A stretch of 64,000 bases of DNA. Source: an uncultured bacterium (GTDB lineage Bacteria > Bacillota > Clostridia > TANB77 > CAG-508). A program made the translations under genes and the position numbers. Every line of letters starts with the position of its first letter. Position 1 is the stretch's first letter. This document shows, piece after piece, positions 22,258 to 32,503 of this stretch. Location of the stretch: contig CAJMRY010000003.1 in NCBI GenBank assembly GCA_905215935.1, positions 177,341 to 241,340 of the forward strand, written 5' to 3'. Under the pieces are notes generated by a model. It had not been told where the DNA came from. It made no database searches and saw nothing but the letters and a program-made list of their open reading frames with translations.

Positions 22258-23031
22258 ATGGAAGAAAAATTATATTATAATAGTTCTGATAATGTAAAAT
22301 TGTGTGGATTATTGTCTAAAGTAAATGATAATAATAAAATTATCATTATGTGTCATGGAATTAGAGCAAATAAAAATGAAATAAATAGTTTCATAGTTTT
22401 AACTGAAAAATTACAAAATCTAAATTATAATTCTTTTAGATTTGATTTTAGAGGTCATGGAGAAAGTACTGGAAATGATTATGAAATGACTGTTACAAAG
22501 GAGATAGAAGATTTAGAATATACTATTGATATGTTAAGTAAAAGAGGTTTCGATGAATTTATTTTATTAGGAGCAAGTTTTGGAGCTAGCATTATATCTT
22601 TACTTGATTATACAAAATATAGCAATGTAAAAGGTTTAATTTGTTGGTATGGCGCACTAGATTATAAAGTCATTAATGATAATAGTTTGTTTTCTAAAGA
22701 AAATCAAAAAGTTGCTGAAAAAGATGGCTATTATACTTCTGTTAGTAAACGAACTGGTAAAAAATTCAAACTAGGATTACCACTATTTAAAGAAGTAAAT
22801 AATATTATACCTTATAAAAATTTAACCAAAATTAACCTCCCTATTTTATTTGTACATGGAAAAGAAGATAAACTAGTTCCATATGAACTATCAGCACAAG
22901 TTTCTTCTATGTGCAAAAACTCAAATTTGGAGCTAATTAATAATGGCGAGCATTCCTTTATTAATTCTGAAAAAGCATTGAAAGAAGCTATTGAAAAAAC
23001 AGTAACATTTATCAAAGATATATTTATTTAA
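22258..23031 (+). CDS. alpha/beta hydrolase
   Basis: HG (MCHGIRAN), nucleophile elbow GASFG, and a C-terminal HGKEDKLVP...GEHSF. It is a paralogue of 34191..34992. Confidence 0.75.
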   Translation: MEEKLYYNSSDNVKLCGLLSKVNDNNKIIIMCHGIRANKNEINSFIVLTEKLQNLNYNSFRFDFRGHGESTGNDYEMTVTKEIEDLEYTIDMLSKRGFDEFILLGASFGASIISLLDYTKYSNVKGLICWYGALDYKVINDNSLFSKENQKVAEKDGYYTSVSKRTGKKFKLGLPLFKEVNNIIPYKNLTKINLPILFVHGKEDKLVPYELSAQVSSMCKNSNLELINNGEHSFINSEKALKEAIEKTVTFIKDIFI

Positions 23032-23092
23032 TTTTACTTATTTTTGTGAACTTACACAATGTAGATTATAAAATTAAAGGAGGATACTATTA

Positions 23093-24028
23093 ATGAAAAA
23101 AGCTTATTGCACATTTCCAGGTATGAATAAACAAGCTATTGATATTTTAAAAAATAATAATATTAAATTAACAATAAATAATACTGCTTATAGAGCAAAT
23201 GGTGAAGAATTAATTTCTTTATTAACAGAATATGATATTTTAATAATTGGTATAAAGTCTTTTATAACAAAAGATATGTTACAATATATAAAAACACCAA
23301 AAATAATTGCTACCTCATCTATAGGATTAGATCATATTGATAAAGAAGTTATAGATTCTGACTTAGTTACAGTACTCAATATAAAAACAGCAAATACATT
23401 ATCAGTAGCAGAACACATTTTTTCACTAATACTTGCTCTTAATAAAAGAATATATGAATCAAATAATCTAGTATTAAATCATAATGGTAATAGATCAATT
23501 ATTCATGATACCCCTCAAGATATATCTGAAAAAACTTTAGGATTAGTAGGTGCAGGTAATATTACAAGAGAAGTAATAAAAATATCAACTGCATTTAATA
23601 TGGAGATTAATTGCTATACAAAAAATCCTAGTAAACACGAAGACTTATTAAAATATAATGTAAAATTTGTATCATTAGATGATGTCTTAAAAGAAAGTGA
23701 TATTATAAATATTAGTCTTCCTTTAACAGATGAAACTAATAATCTTATCTCAAAAGATAAAATAGAATTAATGAAACCTACTGCAACTTTTATTAATACA
23801 TCTAGACGTGATGTTGTAGATACAAATGCCTTAATTGAGTATGCAGACAATAATCCTAACTTTTATGTAGGTCTTGATATAGATTTAGATGGTTATGAAG
23901 ATTTATTTGCAAAATATAGAAATAATGTTATTGTTACACCACATACTGCTGGAGTATCAAAACAAGCTATAGATAGAATGGACTTTGAATTAGTAAATAG
24001 TATTGTAAGCCATTTAGAAAATGAATAA
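23093..24028 (+). CDS. D-isomer-specific 2-hydroxyacid dehydrogenase family protein
   Basis: NAD-binding GLVGAGNITREV and a C-terminal TPHTAG motif. Confidence 0.75.
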   Translation: MKKAYCTFPGMNKQAIDILKNNNIKLTINNTAYRANGEELISLLTEYDILIIGIKSFITKDMLQYIKTPKIIATSSIGLDHIDKEVIDSDLVTVLNIKTANTLSVAEHIFSLILALNKRIYESNNLVLNHNGNRSIIHDTPQDISEKTLGLVGAGNITREVIKISTAFNMEINCYTKNPSKHEDLLKYNVKFVSLDDVLKESDIINISLPLTDETNNLISKDKIELMKPTATFINTSRRDVVDTNALIEYADNNPNFYVGLDIDLDGYEDLFAKYRNNVIVTPHTAGVSKQAIDRMDFELVNSIVSHLENE

Positions 24029-24097
24029 TGAATAAAAAATATATATCATTTAACCTATATATAATAATCATAGAAAGCAAATCTTTTTTACTAATTA

Positions 24098-24142
24098 AAT
24101 ACACCACAATGCATTTCAAAGCAAAATGTGGTGTATTTTTTT
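24098..24142 (+). terminator. rho-independent terminator
   Basis: aatacaccaca ... tgtggtgtatt is followed by TTTTT. Confidence 0.65.
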
Positions 24143-24200
24143 CATCAAATTATATAATAATTTCAAATATAAATTATCAATTAAATATGTGAATTTATAT

Positions 24201-24791
24201 TTAGTTCATTAACTCTTCTATAAGTTCTTGTACATTTAGATTCTCTATATCTTCCACTTTTATAACTTTTCCTAGATTTATGCTGTTTGAAATTAATTCA
24301 TCATATTCTTTTTTAAATGTATCATAATTATATTCAAAAAAAGGTGTATATTCTTTTAGATTCTTAAGACAATAAGAATTTAAATAATGTGATGGATGCC
24401 TATCTTCTTTTGATATTTCTCTTTTTAACAATCTATTCCAAATAGTTTCAAAATCTTTGGCAAATATATTAATAGTATATACTTGATATTTATATTTCTT
24501 ACTTAAATCATAAAAAAAATTCTTCCATTCTTTTTTAAATGGTTTCTCTAAAATAATTACCTTATCTTTTCTTTGCATACATTGTTCTATTAATTCTTTA
24601 TATATTTTTATATTTAATATTCTTAATTTTTTCTTTTCATTATTATTCTTAAAACCTACTATATCATAGATGCTTTCACTTAATTTATCATATGATAATA
24701 AAGTACTATTTTCTATTTTTTCATATAAAATATTAGCAAAAGTCGTCTTTCCCGTTCCACTTACACCTGTAATTATAATTAATTTGTTCAT
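24201..24791 (-). CDS. P-loop NTPase / small kinase-like protein
   Basis: Walker A GVSGTGKTTFA. Confidence 0.5.
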   Translation of the reverse strand: MNKLIIITGVSGTGKTTFANILYEKIENSTLLSYDKLSESIYDIVGFKNNNEKKKLRILNIKIYKELIEQCMQRKDKVIILEKPFKKEWKNFFYDLSKKYKYQVYTINIFAKDFETIWNRLLKREISKEDRHPSHYLNSYCLKNLKEYTPFFEYNYDTFKKEYDELISNSINLGKVIKVEDIENLNVQELIEELMN

Positions 24792-24852
24792 ATTAATCTC
24801 CTTCTTTTGTTTTATACCTAAAAAATATGATACTAATTACAATAATATAATT

Positions 24853-25263
24853 CTAATACTCTTCCATCTTTACATATACTTTTTCTGTTTCTGCATATTT
24901 CTTTTCTACACTTAACTTTGTAATTTGTGTATCGTCTTTAAAAGCAACTTCATTCATAGCATCTAAAATAATCTTTACAATATTATCAATATCTGGTTTT
25001 TTTGTTGGATTTATTTTGTTTTCTAGCATCAAAACTCTATCTTGTTTTTTTGTACTTTTTGGAATTTCAAAGTTTGCTATAATTTCTACTGATACTCTAC
25101 CTTCTAAAGGCTTGATTCTTGGATATTTTAACATGAAATATTGCATTACTAAAGTTTCATAGTCTTTGGTTCTTGTTGGTGTATAAACTGAGCCTGTATA
25201 ACTATTTAATCTAGGTCTTCCTTTTCCTATTATTTTCCCTGGTATTTCAAATTCATATATCAT
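24853..25263 (-). CDS. rusA: RusA-family Holliday junction resolvase (prophage-type)
   Basis: GKGRPR...YTP..T..YE and PDIDNIVKIILDAMN...FKDDTQI match the RusA pattern. Confidence 0.7.
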   Translation of the reverse strand: MIYEFEIPGKIIGKGRPRLNSYTGSVYTPTRTKDYETLVMQYFMLKYPRIKPLEGRVSVEIIANFEIPKSTKKQDRVLMLENKINPTKKPDIDNIVKIILDAMNEVAFKDDTQITKLSVEKKYAETEKVYVKMEEY

Positions 25264-25573
25264 TTGTTTAATCTCTCCTTTAAATTAATTTTTTAGAAAG
25301 TTAGTATTTTATTTTCATTGATTGTATATTTATTTTCTGTTTTAACATTCTTTATTACATTTATATTCTTTTACATAACTTTAACCATTTTTACATTTAC
25401 ACTAGATTAAATTATTAATTGTAGTTACTTTTTCAAGATAAAATGATAACTAATGTTTCTTAGTTATCATTTATTGTCATTTATTTATTTTTCGAATATA
25501 ATGATAGTATATTTCCTTTTAGAAGTCAATTAATACTCTCTAAAATTTTTTTCTAAAAAATATTAAAAAAGTA

Positions 25574-25602
25574 TTGACAATTACATATGCTTTGTTTATA
25601 AT
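25574..25602 (+). promoter_or_regulatory. consensus sigma-A promoter of the tRNA-Gly pair
   Basis: TTGACA (25574..25579), a 17-nt spacer, then TATAAT (25597..25602), about 24 nt upstream of the first tRNA. Confidence 0.7.
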
Positions 25603-25625
25603 AAATATTGTTTTTAAGAAGAGAT

Positions 25626-25699
<74 letters not shown>

Positions 25700-25744
25700 A
25701 TATAATATTAAACATTGGTTATGCAAATCTATTCTTAAAGAAAT

Positions 25745-25818
<74 letters not shown>

Positions 25819-25826
25819 AAAATTAA

Positions 25827-25862
25827 CCACATTGTTTATTTATAAGCAATGTGGATTTTTTT
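25827..25862 (+). terminator. rho-independent terminator after the tRNA-Gly pair
   Basis: ccacattg ... caatgtgg is followed by ATTTTTTT. Confidence 0.65.
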
Positions 25863-25897
25863 ACTATAATTATACATTTGTTATCTATTATAATTAT

Positions 25898-25981
<84 letters not shown>

Positions 25982-26114
25982 ACGGCTCAATGTCAATAGT
26001 TGGGGTGAGATACCTGAAAAGTATTCTCGTCTCAGCTTTTTTAATTGGTCAAAAATTTTAGGTAAAAAATGCCCAAAAGATAATGTTCTCTTTCTAGGAA
26101 GGAGGACATTTTTT

Positions 26115-26939
26115 ATGCTTGAATTTAAAACTATTGAAGAACTTAAATCTAATCCTAAACTACTTGAACTTATTAAAAACTATGCTTATGAAACTAAAAA
26201 AGGAAAAATTAAAGTTCTTCTACATACTAATTTACAGTTTATTGAACCAACTGAATATCTAATTACATATCCTACTGCTCTTACAATACTTGAATACAAA
26301 GTTAACGAAATCAGTAATAAACCATTCTACATTAAAGAGCATAAAGAAAAGTATAATTTAAAAGAAATTGATAAACTAACTAAAAAGAAAACTACTCTTG
26401 ATCCAGATAACGACTTTAAAGAGTATACAGTAGAACTACTTAAAAAGTTAGATTGTGAACAAACAAATGAAGATATTATATTTAAAAACAATTTAAATTT
26501 TTCCTATCTATTTGATAGCTTAAATAGAAAAGCACAGAGAGAATTAATAAACAGATTAATATCTTCTATTAAAATAACTAGAGATGATAACTACAATATT
26601 GAGATAAAAAATATCAAATTTACTGAAGAATTTATCTCAAAAAGTACAAAAGATTATATTGATTATTTAAATGAATTACTCACCTGTAATAATATTGGTA
26701 TAACTTATAAAGAACAAATACCAAAAGATAATTTAAAAGAATTAGAAAAAGATTATACCATTATGTCATTAGAAAAAATGGAAAATAATGAGTATTCTGA
26801 AGAAGAATTAAATAACTATATTGATTTAATGAAAGAACATTTCTATGTAGATGGGATTATAAACTGTCCTTATGTTGAAGGTAATAATATAGTTGATACT
26901 TTAATTCTAATACCCAAAACAGAACTAATAAATATATAA
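26115..26939 (+). CDS. hypothetical protein, possibly a C-terminal remnant of a large serine recombinase
   Basis: Strong RBS (GGAAGGAGGACATTTTTTATG). The segment RELINRLISSIKITRDDNYNIEIKNIKF resembles the C-terminal region of clostridial serine recombinases. No catalytic domain is present. It lies immediately upstream of a TnpV-like gene. Confidence 0.35.
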   Translation: MLEFKTIEELKSNPKLLELIKNYAYETKKGKIKVLLHTNLQFIEPTEYLITYPTALTILEYKVNEISNKPFYIKEHKEKYNLKEIDKLTKKKTTLDPDNDFKEYTVELLKKLDCEQTNEDIIFKNNLNFSYLFDSLNRKAQRELINRLISSIKITRDDNYNIEIKNIKFTEEFISKSTKDYIDYLNELLTCNNIGITYKEQIPKDNLKELEKDYTIMSLEKMENNEYSEEELNNYIDLMKEHFYVDGIINCPYVEGNNIVDTLILIPKTELINI

Positions 26940-26964
26940 AAATTAAGAAAGGAAAGATAAAATT

Positions 26965-27321
26965 ATGAAAATAAAATATACTAGACAAGGAGATTATTTA
27001 ATACCAAATTTAACTTTAGAAAAGGATGAAAATTGTGGAAAGATTGGCAAATATGGAATACTAAGATTACACTTTATTGCTAAAAATAAGAAGGCATTTT
27101 ATATGTCACTTTTGATGAAGAATAAATTAACTCATCATCTTATTTCGGTCGGTACAACTTGTGATGCACTATATGAATCACTAATGAAAAACTATATAAA
27201 AAATGATGAAAGACTGTCTGAAAAAAGTAAAGAATTAAATCCAATTGAATGGACAAAATTAATGAATAATTACAAAAATATAGCTGAAGAAATTATCCTA
27301 AATGAATATGTTTTTGTATAA
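26965..27321 (+). CDS. TnpV-like transposon-associated protein
   Basis: The N-terminus MKIKYTRQGDYLIPNLTL and the C-terminus AEEIILNEYVF match the TnpV family pattern as I remember it. Confidence 0.55.
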   Translation: MKIKYTRQGDYLIPNLTLEKDENCGKIGKYGILRLHFIAKNKKAFYMSLLMKNKLTHHLISVGTTCDALYESLMKNYIKNDERLSEKSKELNPIEWTKLMNNYKNIAEEIILNEYVFV

Positions 27322-27469
27322 ATAATTATCAAAAAAGAGGAACAAATTATCAAAATAATTTAATCCTCTTTTCATATTTTATTAAGTTTGGGAGTAAAAG
27401 TTGTGTCTAGCAAGCACTGAATTTATACTCCCGCATAAATTCCACTATGGAAATTCCCATACCCTTTAA

Positions 27470-28162
27470 TTAATAGTTAGCATTCCATTCATCTAAAAAT
27501 TCTTTAACAAATGTTTTCATAAATTTGGTTCTTCTATTGGCTAGCTGTTTAGCAGTTTTAGTATTCATATTATCTCCAAGCTTAAATAGTTTGTGATAAA
27601 AATGATGAATAGTAGATAGATCATCGTCATTTGATTCAGAATAATCATTACTTTGATTTAATGGAGTTTTGTCATCATACATAATAACATTATGAGAACC
27701 ACCATAAGAAAAAGTTCTTCCTATACCGATAGCACCGATTGCATCTAAATTATCTGCATCTTGTAAAATCAAGGTATTTATATCATCTACATTATTTCCA
27801 TTCCAATTATATTCTTCGTGCTGTTCTATAGAATAGCATATCTTGTTAATTTGTTCTTCTGTTAAATCAATATGAGATAAAAATTTTTTAACTTTACCTA
27901 TTGAGTCCTTAGGCGAAACAAATCTACCGCTTTCATTTTGCATTATTCTATGCACATCGTGTAAAAATGCTGCTACACCTATAATAATTCTATCTCCACC
28001 TTCTTTTTCTTGAAGATATAAAGCAGTATTCATAGTTCTTATTAAATGACTTATATCATGACCACTAGAATCTTTTTTAAATAATTCTATAACATAAGGT
28101 TTTAATTCTTCTATATAATTTTCTAGCATAATTTTCTCCTCTTTAATTAAAACTTGCTTCAT
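27470..28162 (-). CDS. HD-domain metal-dependent phosphohydrolase
   Basis: HDISHLIRT ... FLHDVHR ... DADNLDAIGAIGIGR. Confidence 0.75.
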   Translation of the reverse strand: MKQVLIKEEKIMLENYIEELKPYVIELFKKDSSGHDISHLIRTMNTALYLQEKEGGDRIIIGVAAFLHDVHRIMQNESGRFVSPKDSIGKVKKFLSHIDLTEEQINKICYSIEQHEEYNWNGNNVDDINTLILQDADNLDAIGAIGIGRTFSYGGSHNVIMYDDKTPLNQSNDYSESNDDDLSTIHHFYHKLFKLGDNMNTKTAKQLANRRTKFMKTFVKEFLDEWNANY

Positions 28163-28484
28163 CCAATAATGGAATAATATCTATTGCTGGTTCTTCATAA
28201 GGATGAACTTTTATTAATTTTGATATTACCGTTTTAACTTTATCAACATCACAAACAAACTCTAACTTTTCTTCTTCAACAAATTCTAAACTATTTTTCT
28301 CACCAATATATGGATTAGCATTATTATTTGGTATAAAAGTACCAATTGATTTTGTTGATGAAGTACAATAAGTATAATTTCCAATTATTCCTGCCCCAGC
28401 TTCACATACAGCATTTCTAACTTCCTCTACATTTTCTAATGGTATTGTTACAAATATTTTTACTTTATTAACATTTATATTCAT
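28143..28484 (-). CDS. small PII-like / YqfO-insert-like (COG3323) protein
   Basis: 113 aa. VKIFVTIPLENVEEVRNAVCEAGAG..GNY..C ... HPYEEPAIDIIPL is typical of this family. Confidence 0.5.
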   Translation of the reverse strand: MNINVNKVKIFVTIPLENVEEVRNAVCEAGAGIIGNYTYCTSSTKSIGTFIPNNNANPYIGEKNSLEFVEEEKLEFVCDVDKVKTVISKLIKVHPYEEPAIDIIPLLDEASFN

Positions 28485-28499
28485 ATAAATTTTTCCTCC

Positions 28500-29663
28500 T
28501 TAATACTTGTTAAAAGTATTTTCTAATTGCTCCATAGCCCATTCTAATTTTTTTCTTGGTAAAGCAATATTTAATCTCTGAAATCCTTTTCCTGTTTCTC
28601 CAAACATTTTTCCATTATCTAACCATAGTTTGGCTTCATTAAGCATTAAATCCTCGATTCTTTCATCAGACATGTTTAGTTCATTAAAATCCAGCCATAA
28701 AAGATATGTTCCCTCTGGATATATTAGTTTAATCTTTGGCAATTTTTCCTTTAAAAAATTATCAACATAGTTAATATTATCAATTAAATACTTTTTTAAT
28801 TCATTAAGCCAAACTTGACCTTTTTCATAAGCAGATTGACAAGCTACTAATCCCATTATATTTATAAGACTATATCCAGTATTCCATAATTCTAATTGGA
28901 ATTTTTGTCTTACTTCTGTATTAGGAATAAATATATTGGAAACTTGTAACCCAGCAAGATTAAATGTTTTTGTTGGTGCAGTACATAGTATTACATTATT
29001 TTGATAATCCTCGTATTTTAATAAACAAGTATGATTTTCATTCCATACAAAGTCACTATGAATTTCATCACTAACAATAAATACATTATATTTTTTACAT
29101 ATTTCAACTATTTTATTTAATTCATTTTTATTCCAAACTCTACCAACTGGATTATGCGGAGAACATAATAAAAATAGTTTAATATTATAGTGTTTAATTT
29201 TATTTTCAAAATCTTCAAAATCAATTTCATAGTGCTTATCTTTTAATATCAAATCACTACTTATAATCTTTCTTTTATTATCTTCAACTACTTCCGTAAA
29301 AGGATAATAAACAGGATTATTAATTAATACATAATCATTTTCTTCAGTAAGTATTTTAACTGATGTTGCTAAAGCAAATACCACTCCAGGAGTTGTTATA
29401 AGCCATTCTTGTTTTAATTCTATATTAAAATTGGATTGATACCATTTTTTGATAGCATTAAAGTAATTTTCATCATTTTTAGAATAGCCAAATATACCAT
29501 GATCTATTTTTTTATGCATGTCATTTAATATTTCATCACAACATTTAAAATCCATATCTGCAACCCACATAGGAAATACATCATCAGATTTGTTTTTATC
29601 AAATTTAAAATCATATTTTAAACTATTAGTTTTATATCTGTTTATTTCTTCATCAAAATTCAT
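28500..29663 (-). CDS. PLP-dependent C-S lyase / aminotransferase of the MalY/PatB family
   Basis: 387 aa. MWVADMDF, the SPHNPVGRVW motif, and a TFNLAG-type region. Confidence 0.8.
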   Translation of the reverse strand: MNFDEEINRYKTNSLKYDFKFDKNKSDDVFPMWVADMDFKCCDEILNDMHKKIDHGIFGYSKNDENYFNAIKKWYQSNFNIELKQEWLITTPGVVFALATSVKILTEENDYVLINNPVYYPFTEVVEDNKRKIISSDLILKDKHYEIDFEDFENKIKHYNIKLFLLCSPHNPVGRVWNKNELNKIVEICKKYNVFIVSDEIHSDFVWNENHTCLLKYEDYQNNVILCTAPTKTFNLAGLQVSNIFIPNTEVRQKFQLELWNTGYSLINIMGLVACQSAYEKGQVWLNELKKYLIDNINYVDNFLKEKLPKIKLIYPEGTYLLWLDFNELNMSDERIEDLMLNEAKLWLDNGKMFGETGKGFQRLNIALPRKKLEWAMEQLENTFNKY

Positions 29664-29674
29664 ATTTACCTCCT

Positions 29675-30187
29675 TTATTTAAATATTCTAGTTAAAATAG
29701 AATATTTCCAGTTTAATACCGCTTCTTCACAACAATGTTCATATTTGATGATTTTGACCTTTAATAGTGTGTCATCAAATGATTGATTACTATCAAGAAC
29801 TTTTTTAATTTCTAAATATTCTTTTCTAATATCATTATCATTTAACATAGTACTATCTAATTGTTTATTCAGTAAATTAATAATATCTTTTTTTATATAA
29901 TCTCTTTTATCTGCATTGTATAATTCAACATATTTATACATTGAAAGTAGAGCTAAATATTCATCCTTTTTTATATCATTTAGTTGTTGTAAAATTCCAA
30001 ATATAACTATTTGATAAAATGTATAAAAAATTGTCATTCTTTCTATAAAATCGATAAAATTCTCTGTTTGCCAAAATATATTTGTTATAAATGTTAATAG
30101 ATATGAAATACCTATAACTTCTAACAAATATAAAAATATTTGAAATATACGCTTTGTAATTAAATAATTATTTTTAATCATATACAT
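29675..30187 (-). CDS. hypothetical membrane protein
   Basis: Two or three predicted TM helices. No recognised motif. Confidence 0.4.
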   Translation of the reverse strand: MYMIKNNYLITKRIFQIFLYLLEVIGISYLLTFITNIFWQTENFIDFIERMTIFYTFYQIVIFGILQQLNDIKKDEYLALLSMYKYVELYNADKRDYIKKDIINLLNKQLDSTMLNDNDIRKEYLEIKKVLDSNQSFDDTLLKVKIIKYEHCCEEAVLNWKYSILTRIFK

Positions 30188-30284
30188 TTATCTCCCAAGT
30201 AATTTAATTAATAAAATTATACAATAAATAACTAAAATTTGCCATACTCCCATTGAATTTTAATTTGAATTCATATAATATATA

Positions 30285-30412
30285 TATAGAAAGAGAACGT
30301 TATGGTTCGTAAGCTGTTGCTTAATCGCTCCAACAACGTTTCTGTTCGAACTTTGTTGAACAGATGATACAAAATCAATCAGAAAAATAAAATCTGGTTG
30401 ATTTTTTGTTTG
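30285..30412 (+). ncRNA. candidate small structured RNA ending in an intrinsic terminator
   Basis: A locally GC-richer stretch of about 80 nt contains nested inverted repeats (ctgttcgaac/gttgaacag, aacgtt...aacgtt). It is followed by the hairpin aatcaatcaga ... tctggttgatt plus TTTTTTG (30373..30408). A weak TTGAAT/TATAAT pair lies at 30253..30279, with a 15-nt spacer. I do not recognise the class. Confidence 0.25.
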
Positions 30413-30575
30413 CACTTTTCAGAGTGTATTAATTATATATTTTCCTCGAAGAGCCCCATGTTTTGATAGAATATCAAAACATATATGGGATTAGGACTTC
30501 CGTCAAGACAAAGTTCTATGCTCAAAAACAAACTCTAAAGAAGGAAAAAAACATATGTAAAAATTAAAAATATTA

Positions 30576-30604
30576 TTGACCTTTACAAACAATTGTTTCA
30601 TAAT
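30576..30604 (+). promoter_or_regulatory. dinD promoter with an embedded 12-bp palindrome (LexA/Cheo-box-like operator)
   Basis: TTGACC (30576..30581), a 17-nt spacer, then CATAAT (30599..30604). The spacer contains the perfect palindrome AAACAATTGTTT (30587..30598), close to the GAAC-N4-GTTC type. Confidence 0.4.
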
Positions 30605-30640
30605 AATAAAAATGAATATATAAAAACGGAGATGATATGA

Positions 30641-31461
30641 ATGAAAGAAATAGATAAGAATAACAAAACTTTTGAAGATATTAAACATGTTGATGAAAAT
30701 GGAATTGAATATTGGTATGCAAGAGAACTACAATCAGTTTTAAATTATAAAGAATGGCGAAAATTTGAAAATGTAATAAACAAAGCAAAAGAATCTTGCA
30801 AAAATAGTGATATTACTGTTTTTGACCATTTTGTCGACGTCGACAAAATGGTACAAATAGGTTCAGGAGCAGAAAGAAAACAAAAAGATTATAAATTAAC
30901 TCGTTATGCTTGTTATTTAATAGCTCAAAATGGAGATAGTAGAAAAAAGTGATTGCATTAGCACAAACTTATTTTGCTGTGCAAACGAGAAAACAAGAAA
31001 TAACAGAAAAAGAATATAGTTCATTAACTGAAGATGAAAAAAGATTTTATCAAAGAAATTTAACTAAAAAAGGTAATTATTCTCTTAATCAAACTGCTAA
31101 AAAAGCAGGTGTTAAAAATTTTGATAAATTCCATAATTCAGGTTATAAAGGATTATATAATGGAGAAACTGCTGATGATATTGATAAAAGAAAAGGTTTA
31201 AGATATAGAGAAGATATTTTAGATAATATGGGAAGTGATGAACTTATTGCTAACTTATTTAGAATTTCACAAACCGAGCAAAAACTCAAAAGAGATAATA
31301 TACAAACTGAAAAAGATGCTAATAATGCTCATTATAAAGTAGGCTCAAAAATACGAAAAACAATAAAAGAACTTGGTGGAACTATGCCAGAAGATTTACC
31401 AACACCTAAGAAGAGTTTAAAACAACTTGAAAAAGAAAACAAGAAGATGTTAAAAAAATAA
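30641..31461 (+). CDS. dinD: DNA-damage-inducible protein D homologue, split by a -1 frame change at A_AAA_AAG
   Basis: Track ORFs 30641..30952 and 30949..31461 are collinear with DinD-type proteins (…YLIAQNGDSRKK / VIALAQTYFAVQTRKQE…). The junction is at the heptamer 30943..30949, followed by a 0-frame TGA. Confidence 0.7.
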
Positions 31462-31573
31462 ATTAGCTCCTAAGTCCAATGAACTTTAATAATTTTTTAC
31501 TAATTCTTCTTGAAATAGCCTTTTTAATACTATATAATTCATATAAATAATAGAAATGGAGATGTGAGAAAAA

Positions 31574-32188
31574 ATGATAATTGGGATAGATATAGATGAT
31601 ACATTGACAAATACATCAGAATTATTATTAGCATATGCCCAAAAATATGATTATGAGGTTTTAAAAGGAAATGGATCTATTAATAAAGAAAAGGTATATT
31701 CTATAATTAATGGTGAAAAAGTAAAAGATGGTATGGGATGGACTACTGAAGAAAATAATGCTTTTAAAGATATGTACCATGCAACTGTGTTAGAAAATGC
31801 ACCAATAAAACCTTTTGCAAAGGAAATAATTAATAAATTAATTGAAGAAGGAAATGAAATAATATTTATAACTGCAAGAAATAACAAAAGCGATAGAATT
31901 TCAGATTCATATTCTATAAGTAAAAGACTTTTAGATAAAAATGAAATAAAGTATAACAAAATTATTACAGAATGTGAGGATAAATTGTTAGAATGTAAAA
32001 AAAATCACGTAGATATATTTATAGATGATAAGATAGAAACTTGTTTAGAATTAGAGCAAGGAGGAGTACATTCATTTTTAATGAATACACCATTTAATAA
32101 TTCATTAGATGGAAAGAATTTAGTTAGAGTTTTTTCTTATATTGATTTGTATTATAAAATAAAAAAATTAAATAATAACATTGAATAA
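31574..32188 (+). CDS. HAD-superfamily 5'(3')-nucleotidase-like protein
   Basis: N-terminal motif I, IGIDIDDTL, and a later FIDDK motif. Confidence 0.6.
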   Translation: MIIGIDIDDTLTNTSELLLAYAQKYDYEVLKGNGSINKEKVYSIINGEKVKDGMGWTTEENNAFKDMYHATVLENAPIKPFAKEIINKLIEEGNEIIFITARNNKSDRISDSYSISKRLLDKNEIKYNKIITECEDKLLECKKNHVDIFIDDKIETCLELEQGGVHSFLMNTPFNNSLDGKNLVRVFSYIDLYYKIKKLNNNIE

Positions 32189-32289
32189 TTTTAAATTGAA
32201 AATTATCCCAAATATGATATACTTTAATAAATTGATTGATATTTATATCAATCGTTAAATGAGAAAAAGTTGTAGATAACTACGACGTT

Positions 32290-32306
32290 CGCTCCATTTG
32301 AAAACA
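32290..32306 (+). repeat. 17-bp direct repeat (att-like), copy 2, followed by a terminator-like hairpin
   Basis: cgctccatttgaaaaca is identical to 25965..25981. It is followed by aacaccttaca ... tgtaaggtgtt plus ATTTTA (32303..32345). Confidence 0.65.
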
Positions 32307-32503
32307 CCTTACAAACATTTTATAGTCTGTAAGGTGTTATTTTATATAAAAGACTTTAGTTCTCTTTTTAGGAAGAAAGACTTTTTGGATATTGAAATTT
32401 AAAATTTAGCCTCACTTTTCCCATTTTAGCGAGAAAATATGAGATGCTTATTTTAGAAATTAAATTAGGAAACATTAAAAGAACTAATTTATGTATGAAA
32501 ATT

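Noticed and set aside
30290-30365. LexA (Cheo) boxes in the GC-rich intergenic segment (GAACGTTATGGTTC, GTTCGAAC).
   Set aside because: The half-site spacing is 6 or 0 instead of 4, so these are more likely parts of RNA stems. The palindrome inside the dinD promoter is a better candidate.
30503-30688. A 61-aa minus-strand ORF overlapping the dinD promoter and start.
   Set aside because: Its product is hydrophobic and low-complexity. It overlaps a well-formed promoter, RBS and start on the other strand.
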